DNA of 60,451 bases, counting the filler, from Sphacelaria rigidula (taxonomy: Eukaryota): NCBI GenBank assembly GCA_964200075.2. It is 8 parts of 8 records of this genome, joined end to end, with 100 filler letters (N's around TTAATTAATTAA, not from the genome) between each part and the next. Parts side by side here need not be neighbours in the genome. Positions count along the whole stretch, not along the records: positions 22,710 to 30,178 come from CAXNAA020014786.1; positions 30,279 to 37,747 come from CAXNAA020014787.1; 6 more parts are not named here. The stretch is one strand, 5' to 3'. A program made the position numbers and the translations under genes. Within the stretch, counting starts at the first letter, position 1, and every line of letters begins with the position of its first letter. The notes under the pieces were generated by a model, which ran no database searches, was not told the origin of the DNA, and saw only the letters and a program-made list of their open reading frames with translations. Below, piece by piece: positions 25,699 through 37,847 of this stretch.

Positions 25699-26719
25699 CT
25701 TCGATGTGTCGGGGTAATATATTTCAAAGGAGATGGGACGGACTGCTGTTGATCCACCTAGAAGCAGAAGAATCACTAGAACAAGGGCTCCTCTCCTGCG
25801 CTTGGGTGATGTATCAGCGTCAACGTGCTGGCTACGGCGCCTACTGACGAACCAAACCTCACAATCACAACCATTCTCTGCGATGCATGCGGAAAACCGT
25901 CGGAAAAGTCCAAAGTACGTTGCAGGCTGGATGATGACTTTCCAGAAGACTAGCTGACCATTGACACTACACTAGACACTCGACACTGCGGTATCAATAT
26001 ACCTCCCCCCCCCATACGATATGATACCTCCATATGACCTTAGTAATACTTTTCGGAGGGGTGCTTGTAGAAGATATAAAACGATATATATCGTATGTTT
26101 ATATCAGAACATCGGTTTATATCATATACCCTATACAGAGGCGTTTCAGCAAAATTCGGATAAAATAATGGTACTCCAGAGTAGATAGTACAGTATATTA
26201 TGGAGCGTTGAGACCGATTCAGGGCAACGTTGCGTTTTATAGCCTCTGCCAGACGATCTGGACAAGAGGACAATCCACGAGGGACTCCTCCAGTAGCACT
26301 GACCTCGTGCCCAACAAGTCCTTTATTTTCACTTGTTATCATCACGGAGTGGTCCTCTACAGACCACATCAAGAGCTAAACAGCAAGGGGCCACACAGAT
26401 AAGGGTCATCAATCCAGGATCCCCTGTCCCCTGCGACTGCTCCAATCATGCATGCGATTATACCGAAACCTACGGCTTGGTATCATTTTGCTACAGTTTT
26501 GAATTTTGATCACTCGACCGCTCGTTATTGAAAATGCGAGTTCGGCCAGAAACAAAACTGCGGCTAGCGGGCAACGCAAGGCTGCCCTGAAACGGTCTCT
26601 CAACGAGTTGAGCAAGTAATTCCAAGGTGTCAACATCTGCCTGCCCAGCCCTCTTTTCGGGCGCAAAACGACTGAGAAGGGCCCAAAAGACAGTTTTCAA
26701 CAGGATTTCCCCCCCAAAC

Positions 26720-27356
26720 CAAGGGTCTGTCGAGAGAAAAAAATCGGACACGGAGCCTCCCCCCTCCCCTCCCGGACAATTTTTCGAAAATTGTCATGAG
26801 TTTTGACTTTTTTTTTGTGATTTTTTTGTGATTTTTTTTTTTTATTGTTGAAATAAATTAATCAACAAAAACACTGATGAAAGCAAAAAAAATCTGGGCT
26901 TCACGAGGTTCATATAATTGCTTCTGCTCCTTGCCCACCCTGTCCCGATTACCTCGGCCGGCAACACTCACACACACCTACTATATACAATACACGAGCG
27001 CACGGTAGCGACAGCCTGTAGCCAAAGTAGCACCATTATCTCACGCCTCGCCCAATTTGCCTCGACTGCTATTGGTAGGTGGTCGAGGCACACGACACGG
27101 AACATGATCCCATAAATGTAATCATGGTAGGTGATGAGCTTGGAGGGGCGGTGTGCCCGTCGTCTCAGCGGTCTCCATGCCAAGGATCTCTGTGGTACGG
27201 TAGCTGACCGTATCCGACAACGCCTCGGCAATAAACTTGGAGACAGCGGGCTGGGTGCCTCCCACCCTTACCCCCCCCTCCCCCCCCCCTCAAAACTCGA
27301 ATTTTCGATCTTGGGGCCTACGTATTATGCCGAAATATATTCTTGACAGACCCTTG
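26720..27356. mobile_element. MITE with 12-bp TIR and 7-bp TSD (P-element-like)
   Basis: CAAGGGTCTGTC...GACAGACCCTTG flanked by CCCAAAC on both sides. Confidence 0.85.
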
Positions 27357-27374
27357 CCCAAACTCATGAGAATA

Positions 27375-27644
27375 TTAGCAGTTTGTATCTTCTGCTATTA
27401 GTTCATTATATTTGATATTTTATTTTATTTCCTTCTACAGTATTATTTGTTTCGAATCTGCGTGAAATTTTCTGAGCCCGCTTTTTTTTATTTTTACTTT
27501 ACTTTTTCCTCATTATACCCTATTTTGGGTAGTTAGCCTGTGACCACGGAAGGCGTCTGCACCAGATGCCCAGTACAGAGTATTGCGCATATATCGGGAC
27601 GGTTTTTAATGTGAAGACAACAACAACAACAACAACAACAACAA
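27375..27644 (+). mobile_element. Second copy of the (CAA)n-tailed retroposon end
   Basis: About 90 bp strongly similar to 9564-9650, followed by (CAA)n; 5' boundary approximate. Confidence 0.75.
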
Positions 27645-28215
27645 TGAGTATTGTCTTTGACGTCGTCACTGTACATTCGGTGGGGGATTAGACGAGTGAG
27701 GAGAGTCCATGTACAACTCCAGTACGCCGGCCCCGAAAGTATTTGTGCACCTCTTCCGTAGCACGACTCTTCGCACGTTTCACGTCTCGAGGACTTAGCT
27801 TTATGGTAATACGAGCACTTCTTGCCATGACTTCGAAGACGACGCTCCATCTGCGAGTTTGTCCAAGGGTCCATGGTAGGAGGTGAAATGTCTCGACTGA
27901 CGGCATGCTGTGATTGTGATACTCGTAGCGTTGGCGGGTATCGTGCGCTGGGAGTATTTCACGACTGGATGTGCAGCAGGCCACTACAATACCTACTGTA
28001 GTAGATTGTTCACGAATACCGCGGTGAAAACTCATGCACCATTGGTGGCCAGGATGTCACAGTTAGCGTGGGCGTCGAACGAAACGTTGTATCACACATC
28101 AACTCAAACCTCGAAATACGAGAGTACACAACCCGCGCAGAGCTATACCGTACATGGAAAAAAGCAAACTCTAAGGAAGTGTGCTGCTCATTCGGGGCGG
28201 GTCTGATGCGAAGCA

Positions 28216-28500
28216 CTGCCGGTGGTCTAATGGTATAGATTAAAGCACTATTATTATAGGTTGAAAACAGTTCGGGGTCGACTCCCGCCGGATACAGTTG
28301 CCTCTTTCCTCATGAGTCCCTGATTTCCGTTGTTGAAAACATGGAGGCGTGGGTGACAATGAAAAACTGTTGGACGGACGTCAACGCGGTGTGGGATTGC
28401 TGAGCCCATCCGCGGTGCCAGATTGCGAGGAGGGTGCCGGGGGAGAGATGGGGCTGATTCCTTGAGACTGCGTACTCGTTCCGAGGAAGAGTGTACTCAT
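28216..28500 (+). mobile_element. Second tRNA-derived element (SINE B candidate)
   Basis: A box TGGTCTAATGG, T-arm CGGG-GTCGACT-CCCG, acceptor-like CCGG/CCGG pairing; anticodon arm degenerate, so not a functional tRNA; 3' end uncertain. Confidence 0.5.
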
Positions 28501-29012
28501 GATCCTAAAGTTGCTTCGCTCCCGAGGAAGGGGAGGGGTTGAAAGCATGCCAGAAAATAAATCAGGTGGAAGCCTTCACGGCAAATGAAATCTCCATTTT
28601 CTGAGCAGGAGAGCAACGTAAGAGTGGTGGAGGCGCTCTTGGTCAGGGTTTATTCGTGCTGCACGGTTTCTTGTCGCGGTTTCCATGTACCGCGGCTCTG
28701 CCCACCTCTACGCTGACAGCCAGTGTGCAGTGCTTTCACCACGTACCCACGTATGCATGCGCAAAACCCAGCAACAGCCTCTATCTACGACGTTTGAAAT
28801 TACATACTAAGCAATCTCTGACAAACCATAGGTCTGTACATGTTCTCGAGTTATGTTCCAGAGAAGGTCAGGGTTGCCATTTCAGCCCTTCCTAACTGTT
28901 TCAACCCTTCAAGCCCCGAAATTTGGGACGTACTCCACAGACCCAACCTCAATTCGAGCAAATTCAGGTGCATTCTAATGCTCACACTGATGGGTACAAG
29001 TCGATACGTCCA

Positions 29013-29380
29013 TGTGTGTTGTGTGTGGCCATCTCATCTGTTCTGGACGCAAGTCTACGTCTTTCGGTAGATGTGGGCGCATCAGCCGGGGTCACTTAGG
29101 AGGAAGGTCTACACAGGAGTTTTTGTTTCTCTTTATTTGTTTCAGTTCTTCAGCTTCATTCTGCGGTGTTTGCCTCGTTTTCTTATCGCGAGAGGGGTTC
29201 AGCGGTCCCTTTCCCTCGTCAACCGTGAAGTCGAATATTGCGTGCCCACGATATAGATCTTCACTGTTGGGCATGGTGTAAGAAAAAATCCCAGATCGTG
29301 TGACTGCACCGAGATTCAAACCCGCGACACAATCGTCAGAAGGTTTCGAGGTTACCAACTGAGTCACCTGGGCGATCGGC
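29013..29380 (-). mobile_element. SINE A, full length, just downstream of the EEP nuclease stop codon
   Basis: Colinear with 7870-8222. Confidence 0.85.
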
Positions 29381-29428
29381 TTTTCTGTCTGAATTTCTCG
29401 AAATGTAAGCATCGATGTAAGCATGTTG

Positions 29429-29545
29429 TCATTTTCCAGACGTTGTTTGGAACCTATACTCTGCCGCAAGCATCAAGTGATCCGATGGCTCCGTCTCCAT
29501 GGGTAGGGTGTTTTCAATCTCGTCCCGGTGCACCAAAGGCAATAC
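29429..29545 (-). CDS. CCR4/Angel/nocturnin-family EEP phosphodiesterase, terminal exon
   Basis: CTCGCAG acceptor; LPMETEPSDHLMLAAEY contains the catalytic PSDH motif; TGA at 29429. Confidence 0.82.
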   Translation of the reverse strand, partial: VLPLVHRDEIENTLPMETEPSDHLMLAAEYRFQTTSGK

Positions 29546-29835
29546 CTGCGAGAGGGCATGCAGTTGAAAGACCGAACGAAACCGCATACATGATGTGGTT
29601 GGGGTTGGACACTCAAAGACCAAGGTTTGACACTCCCGAGAGCGGACGCTGCTGCATCCGACGAGCGGCACTCTACGATGCGACACAAAAAGTAATCATA
29701 ACTTTGATTAATCGGTGGCCCCTATACAAGTGACAACTTCGGCATACTGTTGCGCGGCAAAATTGTACAAACGACCCTGCTTTGTTTCATCTCGACCGAA
29801 CAGCATAGTGTCATCATGTAGCTAGACGTGCTCAC

Positions 29836-29907
29836 CTTAGTGGGCGTCATGCCTTTGGTATAAAACAAGTAGTCCAGTGTTGCGATGAACGTGGGGGAAT
29901 CCACCAC
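29836..29907 (-). CDS. CCR4/Angel/nocturnin-family EEP phosphodiesterase, penultimate exon
   Basis: TTACAG acceptor, AAG|GTGAGC donor; FIATLDYLFY motif. Confidence 0.8.
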
Positions 29908-30297
29908 CTGTAATGACGACCGAAGAATCATACAACGAAGGATGCGGCGGAATCACGCGGATGAAAATCTGTGCCACGGTAGTTCCACGTTTCGATCATC
30001 TTGAATGCACCAGCGCAACATGAAAGTGACATGCGAGCTGGGTCAGCCTAAAAACGGATTTAAGCTCTACAAGCAATATCTCATCGACACAGACGAGTTG
30101 GGCCGTGATGCGCATATCGTATCAATCGCCTAGTCAAGGGGAAGATGCCCATCTGCTAAAAAAATTGGGCCCATATTTNNNNNNNNNNNNNNNNNNNNNN
30201 NNNNNNNNNNNNNNNNNNNNNNTTAATTAATTAANNNNNNNNNNNNNNNNNNNNNNNNNNNNNNNNNNNNNNNNNNNNAAAAAAAATTTAATCACCC

Positions 30298-31107
30298 CAG
30301 GGGGGGGCGGGGGTTTTTTTGGGACAAATACCCCCCCCCCCCCCCCCCCCCTTTCCCCACCGGAGGGTATTTTTTGAAAATTGTCATGGGTTTTTTTCAA
30401 CTTCGTTAAAGAAAATGATCAACAAAGACTGTTTTGATTATTTTCTGTTGATATTGTTGTAAAAAAATGATACATACACACTGACAAAAACGTAGTTCGT
30501 ATATCTGCTTCTACTCATTTTGCCCGCTCTGTCACGATTGTGATGCGTCAGAGGAACGCGTGCTTAGGGGACCGCGTCGTAGTTCGAAACATCTCAGGAT
30601 CGACGCTTTTCAAAACCAATCGGGCCAGTCCCTGCAGGGACCCCGCCCCTGACCCTAACCACGTAACACTAACCCCAACCATAACCGTAGGGGTGTTCTA
30701 ATTCCGATGCGGTCCTCTAAGCACGCGGTCCTCTCACGAATTACACCGATGACCTCAGATGCCGGAAGGCATTTTTTCGAAAATTGTCCTGATTTTGCTT
30801 TTCCCCATCAATTTTGTTGCAAGCAAGTGATAGACAAACAATGACAAAGATCGAAAAGTCTTGTGGACTTTGCGGGGTTTATGTAAAATTTGCTTCTGCT
30901 CCTTACCCGCTCTGTCCCGATGGCCTCAAGTCTCCATGCCAAGGATCTCTGTCCACGGCAGCTGACCGCATCCGCCAACGCTCCGGCAATAAACTAGGGG
31001 ATAGACGGCTAGGTACCCCCCCCCCCCCCCCCCCTCCCCCCCTAAAAAAATCGAATTCTCGATATTGGGGCCTAGATGTCCACATTTGTTTTTTACGCTG
31101 CCCCCTA
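30298..31107. mobile_element. Third copy of the same MITE family, carrying a nested insertion
   Basis: Shared blocks GAAAATTGTCATG, GCTGACCGCATCCGCCAACGC and terminal CTGCCCCCT; left end of low quality, TSD not resolved. Confidence 0.7.
30539..30745. mobile_element. TGT...ACA MITE with telomere-like CCCTAA interior
   Basis: About 40-bp imperfect TIRs; flanks ACGAT/CCGAT; the empty site CCGAT is seen in the 26.9-kb copy of the host element. Confidence 0.75.
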
Positions 31108-33456
31108 CTCAAGCTAAAATAACGAATCAAGATTAACTATATGTGCGCATACGGAACTGCGGCCTGAATAAGCACCAACGTATCTTGACTCTGATGGTCC
31201 GGCTATATATAGCCCATGACATGGTGCTTAGATTGCCCGAACGCAACTGTCACCGGTAACTTCCGATTCATTGAACCTGACGACCCGGCGGAAGCCAATG
31301 TCAATCTTGGTCCCCTGTCTGTTCTTATTTCTCAATTGCTTTCGTTGAGGACGACGGGTTGGTCGGGGGACTACTGTGAGGGGTCGAGTTCAACACCCCA
31401 GTCCTATTTCGCAACGTGTGCGATCGGAGTGCTCTCTTTCGCAATCTGTGCTACGATCTGAGTGCATCGGGCCGTCACCCTTCCAGAGCACATCCCGCGC
31501 TCAGCAAAAAACTCTGGAAATCACTCATTCCTTTGCAGATTTCGAGGGCGAGCTTGGGAAGCACTTGACAAAAAGTCCAACCCCGTCATGTGTCGGCGGC
31601 GTGGAGGTGTATGCAGCGTCTGAATGGGGAAAGCGTCGCTAGAACTCACGATTTCTCCATATTGAGGACGTATATTCTATTGTCAAGTGTATCCAAGGAA
31701 ACGAACAAAAGTGATTTATGGTCGGTAAAATGTCGTCGAACAGTTCGGACACTTTTCGAGGTCTAACACCCCTTCCCCCCACCAACCCCCCCCTCCACCA
31801 GCCTGGTCCGGCGAGAACCCGGCGTGCTCCGTCCCAGCTTTGTAGGGGCCAAACCCCGGTGGGGTTGGCAAAGGTTGGCGATGATGCTATGAAACACGCC
31901 ACTCACTACGGAAGCTAGGCAACCAGGTTACCGTTTTGTTTTGCGCGTTTGCGTTTTATTTGCGGTAAGCATGATGGTGGTCGAGCTAGATCATGTAATG
32001 TTGTGCGGAGTGGGAGAACCTCAACTCCGCACAAAGGGAATGGTCGTACCGCGTAGTGTTCAAATGGTGAGACACCCCATGAGGTAGTTTAAAAGCTGCG
32101 GCCGTCTCTGAAGTGGCGATACCAGAAAATAAAGCAACTTATTGTAAGCTATCATCCAAATGCAAGATAATTAGTAGGCTTTGGGCCGAACAATCGTAGC
32201 AGGATGCAACTCATCCTACATGCGACTCGCCGAACACATCACTGCGCTTCGCGCTTGGTNNNNNNNNNNGTCAATGGTCTTATGACTATGGCATGCATGA
32301 TCATGAATACACCCCTCCCCCCACCCCATTATTGGCGTCCCTAACGGCGAGGCTTTCTTTCCTCTTCATAGTGCTTATTACGGTTAGCCGTGCGGTTGGA
32401 AGTCCTTATCTGCTCATCCTGATCAATTACGGTTGATGTCGGACTCCTTTTTTTATTTTTCGCCATTACGTTTAAACCTCCACCCGTGCAAGACCCGTGG
32501 CAGTGATACGTTCGGCACTGCTGCCACGCGCGTCAGCCGTGGCTCACCACTAGTTCAATGAATTATTTGCCTAAATGATCCGCCGCTTGATACTGGAATC
32601 AAGTAAGCGTGTGATCCTTCTCGGGTAGTTTACATCAAAATCAACCTTTCATTACTACAACAAAGTAAACGGCTCGGCAAGAGTCACAAAAAAGGCGGAG
32701 CAGTTCAACGGTCTCGACAAAACAGAAGCGACCACAATAAGCAAGAGGCCACAAAAAAGGGGTGGTTCGGTCCGGGCTATCGAGGCGTCACTCTTGTGTG
32801 TTTGGTTGGGCGGAAATACAACAACAGTGCGCTTGGCGAAAACAAAGAGCGCGGGAAAGCGGGAAATTGTCAACTTTGCTCAATAGGCAGCACGGAAATG
32901 CACGACTAAATCGAGGACGGGAACGACATCACGGAAATGCACGACTGAATCGAGAACGGGAATATATAGCACCACCTTTTCATCGCCATGATGCGCGCGA
33001 TATGATGCACCGTTCCTCTTGTGCAGGGTGGATTGAAAACTGCATCATTGGTTGCGGGCGACAGTACCCCAGTGGACAACAACTCTGTTTGCAAGCAGAG
33101 GAAGCCCGACCAAGTGCATGACAACCGCCGCCAATCCAGTAATTCCTCACCATTTTATCGTACCGCTCATGTTGAGGCCCACCGATTCCTTTCAGCTTGC
33201 ACCACCGTCCCAAGATGAGCGATTTTCTCCGGCAAGTATGGCACTGAGTAAACACTGGTTGTTCGTTCGCGTAAAATCAGGCGTGCTGCCCTTGTGGCGT
33301 GTTTTGTCCACAAAACTGTCCCCACGTAAAACCAGGCGTGCTGCGCCTGTGGCGTGTTTCGTCGCGTTGGGTTGGAGCTGTTGCGTTGTGAACGTGTAAC
33401 GTCCGTCAGTCATGTGTTTCAGTCACGCCCGTTGAAATTTTCAGACCTCTCTCCTA

Positions 33457-33884
33457 CTAGAGGTATCTCAAACTCGGCTCCCGGTATCCTGGTTTGTCTT
33501 GTTCTATTTTTTCAAGTAAAAGTGATGCCGATTCATTACATGATGAGACCGTTTGACTGTCAGGTAAGGCCCTTTCATGAATCGCGATCACTTTAACTTG
33601 GAAAAACAGTACATAACTCAGAGCCAGCGAATAAACCAGGATACCGGGAGCCGAGTTTGAGATACTTCTACTAAAGGTATCTCACACTCGGCTCCCGGTA
33701 TCCTGGTTTGTTTTGTTATTTTTTTTCAAGTGAAAGTGATGCCGATTCATCAGATGATGTGACCCTTCGACCGCCAGGTCAGGTCCTCTCATGAATCGCG
33801 ATCACTTTCACTTGAAAAAATATTACACAACTCAGAGCCAGCGAATAAACCAGGATACCGGGCGCCGAGTTTGAGATAATCCTG
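33457..33884. mobile_element. Tandem dimer of a MITE of about 214 bp
   Basis: Each unit is bounded by GGTATCTCAAACTCGGCTCCCGGTATCCTGGTTT and its inverse. Confidence 0.88.
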
Positions 33885-34664
33885 CCAAGACCACTTTGTA
33901 TGGCAGTCGAAAAAACGGATTTGTACGTAGATCAGGGGACCTCAGATCCGGAAACGCGTTGTATGAGCCCCAATTTAAACCAAATCGAAGAAGCTCAGAT
34001 TCGTTTGTCACGATTTCAGAACGGTTTTACACGAATCTGAGTCCAGGTCCGTGGAAAGTCGAGGTCCCCCGAATCTGTAGCAACTGGAGTACGTATGTTG
34101 ACGTACAATGATAGGGCAACAGACGTTTGGTATTTTTGCAACAACAGCAGCAGACAGTCTCGTGACAGCACAGACAGTGCCTGTAAGTACCGGCTGCTGG
34201 AGCAGCTCCGCACCGGGTTTGACAAGCGGATAAGAAGTGTTGACGCCGTACCTGCGGTGATGGCAAAATTTTATGCTGCATTGTGCTGATGTATGTATGA
34301 TCATGACGAGCGGTGCTTTACAATCCAACACTCTGCTGTCGTGGTACTTGCAGGGTGATGAATGACCCTGCACTCGTCAACCCTTGCCGCATACTGTGCA
34401 CTGTTCTCGCAATGCCGACTGTACCATGTGTTACCACAGGGCATTATCGTGCACTGTGATGGTGGAATGTACTCCACTGCATCATACCCTAGGGCATCAT
34501 GGTACGACGCTACTCTTGAAGGATAACTCTCTGCCTGCCTGTTCTTCGGCTTTACTGTGATATCTCACCCGCCCAGAAAATGACCGTTCATGTACAGAAC
34601 AATTTCAAGAATCTGTGAAGCCATACAGGGGTACATACACAAAAAAAAATCGGAGAGATTGCGG

Positions 34665-34820
34665 ACAAACACCGCAGAAGGAAGGTAGAGTACTAGAAAC
34701 AAATAAAAGAGAAAAAGCTCTTGTGTTGGCCTTCCTCCTGTGTGACCGCGGCTGATGCGCCCACATATACCAAAAGGTGCGGACTGGCGTCCAGGATAGA
34801 TGGCATGACAACACACACAG
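34665..34820 (+). mobile_element. SINE A 3' fragment
   Basis: CACCGCAGAAGGAAGG...CCTTCCTCCTGTGTGACC...ACAACACACACA. Confidence 0.75.
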
Positions 34821-35054
34821 AGGGGAAGAGACCTCTGAAGAACTCTTCTCAAGAATATAAGGGAAGGGAAGTACCGCAAAAGGAACGCGGACTTCGCAAA
34901 ACAAAATTAAAACCCTGGCCTTGCTGTGTGAACGTCTCCTTTCTTGCCAGTACGCGTCTCTCTGTCTTCAAAGTACAAAATAACGAAAACAAGAACAACA
35001 CCCAGTAGCAGTGGTAAAGTGCGACAATCAATCAATCAATCAAAAATCAAGTGA

Positions 35055-36075
35055 TCGGTCGCCCCTGTGGCTTAATTCGTACCCTCGAATCCCTCTGACG
35101 GTCGGGTCGTTGGTTCGAATCTCGATGAAGTCACACGAACTGGAATTTCTCTCACACCATACCTAACAACAGTGGAGAGCGACTACGTCGTGGGTATCCG
35201 AAGTTCGACTGCATGGTCGACGAGGGAAAGGGGCTGCTAAATCCCTCTCGCGATAAAAAATTAAGGCAAGCACCAGGGGGCAGAGCGGAGAATTTTTTCG
35301 GACACGTCCCCTCGCCCTCCCCCCCGGGCGATATTTTTTCGAAAATTGTCATGATTGTTTTTGTCAACTTCGTCGCATCGCAAGAAATTGATCAACAAAC
35401 ACTGATGTAATTTTTTCTGTTACTTTTGTCACAAGAAATTGATGAATAAACACAGACAAAAACCGAAAACTCTGGTGGGCTCCGCGGAGTTTGTATATTT
35501 GCTTCTGCTACTTTATACATTGATATTAATATGTACCAGATACTTCTTGAAAGTATAATGTAAGGGAGTATACGTACTGTGTATGATGTATATAATATAG
35601 CATACAAAATATTATAGGGTATGAATTGGGGCGCAGAAGTATACATTATGTATATAATGCATAACATATAATACATGATACATAATTACATCATTATACA
35701 TTTTATAAGGATCTCTACTGTCGACAGCAGCTGACCGTATCCGCCAACGCTTCGGAAAAAAAACAGAGCACACACGGCTGGGGGTTTCCCCCCCCCCCCA
35801 ACAAAAATAAATTAATTAATAACTCAAATTTTCGATCTCGGGGCCTACGTGTCCCTGATTCTGTTTTTCGCTGCCCCCTGCAAGCACCGTAGAAGGAAGG
35901 TGGAGTACCAAACCGAATAAAGAATAATGAAACTCCCGTGTTGGCCTTCGCCTTGCGTGACCCCCGCTGATGCGCCCACACCCACATATATATATATATA
36001 TATATATACCGTAATGAGGTGTAGACTGCTTGAGTCCAGAATAATAGATTGGATGACAACACACAAACACACAAA

Positions 36076-36140
<65 letters not shown>
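35055..36140 (+). mobile_element. SINE A split by a MITE insertion, ending in a long (CA)n; a further fragment lies at 36180-36275
   Basis: Head and body at 35055-35273 resume at 35881 after the MITE; (CA)n at 36060-36140. Confidence 0.85.
35274..35880. mobile_element. Related MITE with 10-bp TIR and 7-bp TSD, inserted in SINE A
   Basis: CAGGGGGCAG...CTGCCCCCTG flanked by CAAGCAC; interior similar to 26720-27356. Confidence 0.85.
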
Positions 36141-36141
<1 letters not shown>

Positions 36142-36306
36142 GCATTGCTTACCGACTGACAGATAACGTACGCACTGATGCCCATCGCAAAAGGAAGGTG
36201 GAGTACTGAAAATAAAATGAAAAACTCCGGGGTTGGCGTTCCTCCTGTGTGGCCCAGGCTGACGCGCCCACACATGCCCCTACTCTAAGATAAAGTGGCG
36301 TCCACT

Positions 36307-36726
36307 AACAATGGATTCCCGCAAATGGGGTCGAAAAGATAAATGAGGTTCGACTCAAAAGCCGTGCTTTCTCTGACCAAAACTCACGACAAATTACTTT
36401 CAAATGGACGACTTCATCCCTCCCAACCCCCCAAAACTATTTCGTGGGATTCCTAGCCTTCCGTTCCCCCAAAGGGTATGCCCGGAAGCATACTTTCGCC
36501 TCGATTTCGGGTTGAAAAAGGACCCCTCTTGGCCCAAAAATTTTGCTTTCGCACATACTCCTTGGGAGAACGGAAGACTAGAAATCCCCCGAAATAGTTT
36601 TAGGGAGGTCGGGACGGATGAGGTCGTCCATGTGAAAGTCATTTGTCACCAACTTAGGTCAGGGAGAGCACGGCTTTTGAGTTGAACCTCATTTTTTTTT
36701 CAACCCATCTTCGAGAATCCCCTGTT
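36307..36726. mobile_element. Long-TIR MITE, AACA...TGTT termini, 4-bp TSD; related copies at about 37020-37392 and 52984-53071
   Basis: About 175-bp imperfect inverted arms; CACT on both flanks. Confidence 0.85.
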
Positions 36727-37847
36727 CACTGTCAGTGCAAACAGGGGATGGTGGATGAAACAGGGGATGGTGGATGAAACTGGGCCATGTTTCTGTTGGC
36801 AGGTTCAACTCCTACAAGCAGCTCTGCGGAAAATTCCATTTCTGCAGATAGATGTCAGCATGGATATACAACACACTGCCCCCTACCACCCCGGCTTATC
36901 TGCACCACGTGCATACAGCGCACACGTCTGTACCCACAACGAAATAGGAGAGAAACCGGATCTGCATAATATATTCACAGAATGATTCATATACAAAACC
37001 GTGGTCCTCGGCGATGTGTGCGATACGAGTAATAAATACGACCTACCTACCCCCCCCCCCCCCTCCCCCAGAATCTCCCTGAAACTATTCTGGGGGGTTT
37101 CGAGGCTTCCGTTCCCCCGCAAGGCATGACCATGTGCAACAAACCCAATCGGGCTAAAAAGCGCCCCCCTTTTCACCCCCAAATCGAGGCCGAAATGTGT
37201 TTCCGCACATACCCTCTGCGGGAACGGAAGGCTAGAAACCCCCCAAATAGATTCGGGGAGATCGGAGTGGATGAGGTCGTCCATATATGAAAGTAATATG
37301 TCACTACTCTAGGTCAGCAAAGCACTAGTTGCAGTTGAACTTTATTTTAATGTTCAACCTGGTTCAACCCCATTTCGCAGGATCCTCCATTAAGAGTGGT
37401 ATATGGTCGGTGAGGTATCGTCGAACAACCCGGACACATTTCGAGGGCTAAAACCCCCCCCGTTTAGCATCCCTAACGGTCACGCTTACTCCTTTCGTAG
37501 TGGCTACGTAAGTGCACAGTCGTATGTGTGCTGTGTATCTTTGCTGGATATAACAGGAAGATACATTCAGCGTGCCATCGCTCTCACTGAACACAGCCAA
37601 CTGTATGCTGCTGTGCCTCTGCTTGTTGAAAGAAAACTCCGGATGTCCGTGGACTGTCAGCCTGTGAAACTGTTCCGAGGCGATGCTCAATGTCTGAGGG
37701 GTTTTGTGACGCCCCTTGCCATTCAGACGCTACATATACACCTCCACNNNNNNNNNNNNNNNNNNNNNNNNNNNNNNNNNNNNNNNNNNNNTTAATTAAT
37801 TAANNNNNNNNNNNNNNNNNNNNNNNNNNNNNNNNNNNNNNNNNNNN

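Noticed and set aside
25171..29907. GCH1 and the EEP nuclease as a functional cluster
   Set aside because: Ordinary neighbouring eukaryotic genes with no evident functional link
32890..32965. 39-bp tandem repeat resembling CRISPR repeats
   Set aside because: Only two adjacent units, no spacers, no cas genes, eukaryotic context
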